This document shows, piece by piece, positions 31,001 to 36,059 of a DNA stretch of 36,059 bases; within the stretch, counting starts at the first letter, position 1; each line of letters opens with the position of its first letter. The stretch lies in assembly GCA_964447495.1 (NCBI GenBank), contig CAYUTF010000025.1:1-36059 (forward strand), written 5' to 3'. A model generated the notes under the pieces. It was given only the letters and a program-made list of their open reading frames with translations, did no database searches and had not been told where the DNA came from. Position numbers and translations under genes: made by a program. The stretch is from an uncultured archaeon (GTDB taxonomy: Archaea > Asgardarchaeota > Lokiarchaeia > Sigyniarchaeales > SOKP01).

Positions 31001-31631
31001 CATATATAACATAAAATTTCAAGGTTATATTTTAGAAAATCAATATTCTACTACTATTTTTAATCAAACTGGGAATCAAATAATAGAATTCGAAAACTTT
31101 TTGTTAGATATTGAAAATTATAACAGAATCTTTCAATTAAGGGAAAATGGAAATCAAACCTTTAACTTAGATAAATACCCTTTAGATTCTTTATTAAAAA
31201 CCTCAAAAATGAATATCAAACGAAAAACTTCTCAATGGAAAAAAGAAGTAAGAAAGCTTAATGATAAGATTTTTAACATTGAGATGAAAAAAAAAGAGAA
31301 GATTTACAAATTTAACAGAAAAGCATTGAATCTTAAACTTGAAGCGATGAAACTGAAACTTGAACGAAAAACTAATCAAAGACCTAGTGAACGCCAAAAA
31401 GCTAATTTAGCTAGCCTTACAGATGAAAAGAAAAAACAAGAAAAAATAGAAAGATATGAGCGATTAGAAGAAGATATAAGATTTATTGAGAAAGATATTA
31501 GACTCATTGAAAGGCAAATTGATGATCTTTCTTTTAACTATGAGGATCTTAAAAATGAGATGAAAAAGAGGAATTTAGCAAAGTTTTATACAAATCTAAC
31601 TTCATTTGCAATAATAAGGTTTATAGATTAA
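28020..31631 (+). CDS. SNF2-family helicase (RapA/HepA-like)
   Basis: LMPHQ, [61 protein letters not shown]; C-terminal coiled coil. Confidence 0.93.
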   Translation: [1203 protein letters not shown]

Positions 31632-31706
31632 ACTATAAATGATATATATTTAAAAACTCATTCTAACTTTATATAATAAAAAGAATGAGAACTCGAGCGA
31701 TTTAGT

Positions 31707-32306
31707 TTGCAATTATATAACGTCTATGAGAATGGAGTTTTAAGAAAAGTGAAAAAGGTTGATTTTGCGGATCATAAAGTATTTCTCATCGATGATACAA
31801 AGACAATTTATCTATGGTTTGGACAAAAATCCTCTCAAAAGAAAAGAGATTTAAGCAAAAAAAAAGCAAATAACATAATTAAAGAAAGAAAGAAGAAGAC
31901 GAATCTCGAAATCATGTACCAAAACAAAGAATACGGTACATTTTTAACTATTAAAGACGTTTTAAAAGAGGGTATTCAAGTAGAAGCGGCTTTAGAACGA
32001 AGAAGTGAATTAAAAATAAAAATTGGTGATACTATGGAACTGATCGAAGCAGGAATAGAACTCGATTTTGAAGCAGAGCTTACCTTAAATGCTCATAAAC
32101 TTATAGAGGAGAAAAAAACTTATGAAGAGCTATGTCTAATATTAGCAGAATTACAATTAAAGCTAATTAAAGGTAAAAGTAAATTGCAAGAGGGCGAGAT
32201 AAATAAAAAAGCTAAAGAAATTCATCAATCTTCTTCTACATATAATGAATTATGCTGGTTAATAGCAGAATTAAAACTTCTTAAACAAAACAAGAATAAT
32301 CCATAA
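31707..32306 (+). CDS. Gelsolin-domain protein with C-terminal helical X domain (Asgard 1DGelX-like)
   Basis: KVFLIDDTKTIYLWFGQKSS...A...EIMYQNKE...F gelsolin core, then duplicated motif TYEELCLILAEL / TYNELCWLIAEL; TTG start. Confidence 0.8.
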   Translation: MQLYNVYENGVLRKVKKVDFADHKVFLIDDTKTIYLWFGQKSSQKKRDLSKKKANNIIKERKKKTNLEIMYQNKEYGTFLTIKDVLKEGIQVEAALERRSELKIKIGDTMELIEAGIELDFEAELTLNAHKLIEEKKTYEELCLILAELQLKLIKGKSKLQEGEINKKAKEIHQSSSTYNELCWLIAELKLLKQNKNNP

Positions 32307-32390
32307 GAAAGAAAGTATTATATTCTTATTTATTGATAAATCATTATCATTATGGTTATTAAATTAATTAATTAAGAAAGGTTTAACATT

Positions 32391-33566
32391 ATGAATGCGA
32401 AAGAAAGGATACTTAAAGTAGTGAATCATGAAGAAGCGGATCGAGTTCCCTCTTTCGAAGGAACAATAGATAATTTAACAATATACAATCATTTTGGGTT
32501 AAAATACGGATATCAAGGAAATGGAGATCTTCTTAGAAAAACTTATGACCTCATGAAAGGTGATACTCAACTTCTCAAAAAGTTTGCAGATAAGTCAAAT
32601 AAAGTCTCAGATACCCTCACTCCAGCAATTGACTTATATCGAAAAGTAGGGATCGATCTTTTTCCTATCTATGTAACTAATTTTCCTGTTTTTTACGAAA
32701 GAGAAGGTATTATAGACGATTATGGCAGACGATTTTATTTTAAAAAAAATCCCCAAGATAACATGGACATTCTCTATTATATGGGTGGTACTTTTAAAAC
32801 TATTGAAGATTTTAGGAATTTTCCCGAATTAGACCCCGATAATCCTAAAAGGGAACAAGTTTACAGGGATGCTAAGAAGATTGAGGAAAAACATCATTCA
32901 AAGATTTATGTCATCCCTACTATTGGTGGAATATATGAGGGTGCATGGCAATGTTTTGGATTAGAAACTTTCAGTAAATTCTTCGCTCATCCTGAAATTC
33001 TCAAAGAAATTTTTGAAAATCGGGGCAAATTTGCTGTTGAGATGGTCAAACGAATGATTGAATGGGGAGAAGATGGAATTGTTTTTATGGGAGATGACTA
33101 TGGATTTAAAAATGGGTTAATGATGCGTCCTAAATACTATGAACAATATATCTTTCCATGGATTAAAAAGATGTGTGATATTGCGCATAAAGCAGGATTG
33201 AAATTCTTCCTACATTCCTGTGGTGATGTATATAACATTTTTGAGGGGTTATTAGAATGTGGTATTGATATGATTCATCCTATTGAACCAACTACAGCAA
33301 ATCCAGAATTTAATATCTTTAAATTATACGAGAAATATTCTAATAGAGTTACATTTGTTGGAAATGTTTCGCCTCAAGATCTTGCTGATAAAAAACCTGA
33401 AGATATTAAAAACTGTGTTAAGAAATTGATTAAGGAATTAGCACCTGGAGGAGGATATATTCTAAGTTCAGGTCATAGCATCAACCCCGCAGTAAAATTA
33501 GAAAATTTCCTTACTATGCATGAAACTTTAAAACAATATGGTACTTATCCAATTCAAGTATCATAA
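32391..33566 (+). CDS. Uroporphyrinogen decarboxylase superfamily protein (MtaA/CmuA-like corrinoid methyltransferase-type)
   Basis: MNAKERI...EEADRVP, GDDYG, FLHSCG, GNV, GGGYILSSGHSI motifs. Confidence 0.85.
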   Translation: MNAKERILKVVNHEEADRVPSFEGTIDNLTIYNHFGLKYGYQGNGDLLRKTYDLMKGDTQLLKKFADKSNKVSDTLTPAIDLYRKVGIDLFPIYVTNFPVFYEREGIIDDYGRRFYFKKNPQDNMDILYYMGGTFKTIEDFRNFPELDPDNPKREQVYRDAKKIEEKHHSKIYVIPTIGGIYEGAWQCFGLETFSKFFAHPEILKEIFENRGKFAVEMVKRMIEWGEDGIVFMGDDYGFKNGLMMRPKYYEQYIFPWIKKMCDIAHKAGLKFFLHSCGDVYNIFEGLLECGIDMIHPIEPTTANPEFNIFKLYEKYSNRVTFVGNVSPQDLADKKPEDIKNCVKKLIKELAPGGGYILSSGHSINPAVKLENFLTMHETLKQYGTYPIQVS

Positions 33567-33762
33567 TCCAAAAGGAGATATTGGAATGAAGGATATTATT
33601 CTCAAAAATGAAAAAATTGATCATATCCGAGCCAAATAAATTAAAGAAAAGAATCTCAAGACTTGTCAAGCGATCTGGGATAATTTGCTTTTAAATCTGA
33701 AAATTTATACAATTTTTTCAAAATTTTTAATCCCAATTTTAATTTTTTCATCGTAAAAATGC

Positions 33763-33797
33763 ACGTTATGTTTCCCTATGCATAACGTTTTTATATG
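33763..33797 (+). promoter_or_regulatory. Inverted repeat adjoining a TATA-like box upstream of ftr
   Basis: ACGTTATG-N10-CATAACGT directly followed by TTTTATATG, about 50 bp before the ftr ATG. Confidence 0.45.
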
Positions 33798-33846
33798 ATT
33801 TAAAAATTATGAATAATTATTAATAATTATTTGAAGATGAATTTAT

Positions 33847-34764
33847 ATGAAATTAAATAATGTAGAAATAGAGGATACATATTCGGAAGGATTCGGAACC
33901 TATTTCACCCGAATTTTGGTTACTGCAATTGATAAAAAACACCTCGATAATGTGGCTCAAGTAGCTACGGGGTTCGCAACTTCTGTAATTCATTGTCCAT
34001 GTGAAGCTGCTATTGATTGTTTTGTCCCTCCAGAGAAAACCCCTGATAAACGACCTGGGGTAATGCTTATGTTTTTTGTAGGGAAGAAGGATCAAGTAGA
34101 TAAAGTACTAATTGATCGTGTAGGACAATGTGTGTTAACTGCGGCAACTACTTCTTTGTTCGATGGATTCACACAATCCTTGGATCCAGCAAAAGTATTT
34201 TCAATTAATACAGGAGGCAAACTCCGTTATTTTGGAGATAAATTCGAAGAAAAAGTCAATGATTTCCCATTTCCTACCTGGAAAGTTCCTGTTTTTGATG
34301 GAAGTTTTTACATTCAAGACTCTTTTAAGGTTGGGAAAGGTGCAGGAGGCAATTTCATTCTTTTTGGAAAGGATCAAAAATCTGCGGTAGCAGCAGCTGA
34401 TAAAGCAGGAGAAGCAATCCTAAGTGTTGAGAATGTTATCGCTCCATTTCCAGGTGGGTTTGTAAGATCTGGATCAAAAGTGGGATCGAAGTATTCCTTT
34501 CTCCCCGCCTCTACAAATGAGGTCTTTTGTCCTACCTTAAAAGATAAAATAGATAACTCCATGTTAAAAAGTGATGAAAAAGCAGGATATGAGATTGTAT
34601 TAGATGGAGCAACTGAGGAAGCGGTTAAAGAAGCAATGAAAGCAGGGATTAAAGCAGCTGTTCAAGTCCCTGGAGTAACCCGGATTACGGCAGGAAATTA
34701 TGGGGGAAAATTGGGGCCATTCCAATATCACCTCCATGAAATTCTCCGAGGTGAAGCTCATTGA
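33847..34764 (+). CDS. ftr: Formylmethanofuran:tetrahydromethanopterin formyltransferase
   Basis: IEDTYSEGF, TGFATSVIHCPCEA, TPDKRPG, RVGQCVLT, PFPGG.VRSGSKVGS, ASTN, ITAGNYGGKLG. Confidence 0.96.
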   Translation: MKLNNVEIEDTYSEGFGTYFTRILVTAIDKKHLDNVAQVATGFATSVIHCPCEAAIDCFVPPEKTPDKRPGVMLMFFVGKKDQVDKVLIDRVGQCVLTAATTSLFDGFTQSLDPAKVFSINTGGKLRYFGDKFEEKVNDFPFPTWKVPVFDGSFYIQDSFKVGKGAGGNFILFGKDQKSAVAAADKAGEAILSVENVIAPFPGGFVRSGSKVGSKYSFLPASTNEVFCPTLKDKIDNSMLKSDEKAGYEIVLDGATEEAVKEAMKAGIKAAVQVPGVTRITAGNYGGKLGPFQYHLHEILRGEAH

Positions 34765-35735
34765 TTCATTTGAGCGTAAATCGTGAGGCTTTAAAGATCA
34801 TAAAAAAAATCTTGGCTTATCCCGATTTCTATTCAGTAGAGATATCAACTTTATCAAACAAAGTGACAATTATTGATGGATCTCATGGTACATACGAGTT
34901 CGGTAGGCTAGTAGGCGAAATCTGTATGGGAGGGTTTGGTAGCTGTCAGTTCACGAATATTTCGGTAAAAGGAGTATTCATTCCGGGGCTACTCGTTCAA
35001 ACATCTCATCCTGTTATGGCTCTCATTGGATCTCAGAAAGCGGATCAAATTAGTATCAAGATTCAAAAAGGTGAAAAAACGAAAAAGTATAATTATATGG
35101 TTTCGGGGCCATTTCGAGCGAAGACAAGATTAGATAAGGTGCTTTTCGATATAATAAAATATTCCGATGATTCCGAGGAAACTGTAATTGTTTTTGAATC
35201 CGCTAAGATTACAGATGAAAATATTATGGAGCAAGTTTTTGCTAAATGTAAATTAGATTCTTCGAAAACCGTTGCTATATTTACACCCACAAATTCTATC
35301 CCCGGTACCGTTCAAATAGCCGCGAGAGTAATAAAGACGGGAATACACATCCTGCGAGAGCAAGATTTCAATCCACACTACTTGAAATATGCCATGGGGA
35401 CTACCACATTGGCACCAATTGCGAAAGATGATCTCCAAGCAATGGGTCGTACCAACGATTCAATAATATATGGAGGAAGAGATTATATAACTGTAGATGT
35501 TCCAAAGGAAGAAGAAGCACAGATGGTAGAACTTTTAAAGAAATGTCCATCAAATGTCTCATCATCATATGGTAAGCCTTTCTATGATATCATGAATGAA
35601 GTAAAATTTGATTTTTCTAAGGTAGATAGTAAACTATTTGCTCCGGCAATTCTGACAATCAACAATATAAGAACTGGTAAAACCTATACTGCCGGAGAAG
35701 TAAATGAGGACATTCTTTGGCGGTCGTATTTTTAA
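34761..35735 (+). CDS. mch: Methenyltetrahydromethanopterin cyclohydrolase
   Basis: LSVN, EICMGG, GSQKA, SGPFRA, PTNSIPGTVQIAARV, AMGRTNDSIIYGG, YGKPF, FAPA; TTGA overlap with the ftr stop. Confidence 0.93.
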   Translation: MIHLSVNREALKIIKKILAYPDFYSVEISTLSNKVTIIDGSHGTYEFGRLVGEICMGGFGSCQFTNISVKGVFIPGLLVQTSHPVMALIGSQKADQISIKIQKGEKTKKYNYMVSGPFRAKTRLDKVLFDIIKYSDDSEETVIVFESAKITDENIMEQVFAKCKLDSSKTVAIFTPTNSIPGTVQIAARVIKTGIHILREQDFNPHYLKYAMGTTTLAPIAKDDLQAMGRTNDSIIYGGRDYITVDVPKEEEAQMVELLKKCPSNVSSSYGKPFYDIMNEVKFDFSKVDSKLFAPAILTINNIRTGKTYTAGEVNEDILWRSYF

Positions 35736-35806
35736 GCTTTTATCAATTTTTTATTTTATTTTTTTTTAAATTTAAAATTTTAAAAATATCCTTTATTATA
35801 AAAATC

Positions 35807-35830
35807 ATCGTGAAAGCACACTTTCACGAT
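35807..35830. terminator. Perfect hairpin between convergent genes
   Basis: ATCGTGAAAG-CACA-CTTTCACGAT, 10-bp stem with a 4-nt loop. Confidence 0.4.
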
Positions 35831-35960
35831 CAAATGTATATTACTAATACATACGATAATAACATTAAGATATTACTTTCGAAACATAGAATCTTTATAC
35901 CTAATATTTATTAGGTTTTATTTAGACTATTTTTAAAAATCAAAAAAAAAATAATAATTT

Positions 35961-36059
35961 TTATAGTAGGGCCATAATATTTGCCAATTCTTTCATTTTT
36001 TTCGTTCCTTTTACCTTTAGTTTCCCTGTTAACATCTTTAACAACATTGCGCCTTTAGA
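35961..36059 (-). CDS. C-terminal end of a probable SCP2 sterol-binding-domain protein (partial)
   Basis: ...SKGAMLLKMLTGKLKVKGTKKMKELANIMALL*; GKLKVKG is typical of SCP2 C-termini; only 32 aa visible. Confidence 0.5.
   Translation of the reverse strand, partial: SKGAMLLKMLTGKLKVKGTKKMKELANIMALL

Noticed and set aside
1800-35914. Other short ORFs antisense to or nested in long genes (e.g. 1800..2093, 9159..9548, 13892..14233, 17707..18015, 35717..35914)
   Set aside because: Shadow frames of well-supported genes or low-complexity AT-rich sequence.
1-36059. Genome-wide UGA reassignment (genetic code 4 or 25)
   Set aside because: UGA ends intact genes here (mvhD 23293, ftr 34764), Trp is TGG, and the read-through UGAs in hdrA and vhuD sit only at conserved Cys positions.

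Overview
AT-rich archaeal chromosomal window, most consistent with an Asgard archaeon of the Lokiarchaeia type (gelsolin-X protein, eukaryote-like SECIS, H4MPT enzymes Ftr/Mch, several HdrA/MvhD paralogs). The main hidden feature is a selenoprotein operon that the ORF track fragments or misses. A 658-aa HdrA (17059->15083) carries two in-frame UGA codons and a 146-aa MvhD/VhuD (15069->14629) carries two more. They are followed by one AUGA...GA eukaryote-type SECIS hairpin (~14547-14625), an FdhB/FlxC-like subunit and a polyferredoxin. An all-cysteine HdrA-MvhD paralog pair 6 kb away has Cys at all four UGA positions. The window also has a 3.4-kb island bounded by ~50-bp direct repeats (two toxin-antitoxin pairs, an LRR gene, a truncated ORF), a scrambled relic of a second AOR/ferredoxin operon with UGA at a conserved Cys codon, an AlkZ/YcaQ-like gene broken by one TGA, a type I GAPDH, a tungsten AOR, a cysteine desulfidase, a RapA/SNF2 helicase and a HerA-like ATPase with a coiled-coil tail. 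All family calls are from motif recognition by eye; no database searches were run.
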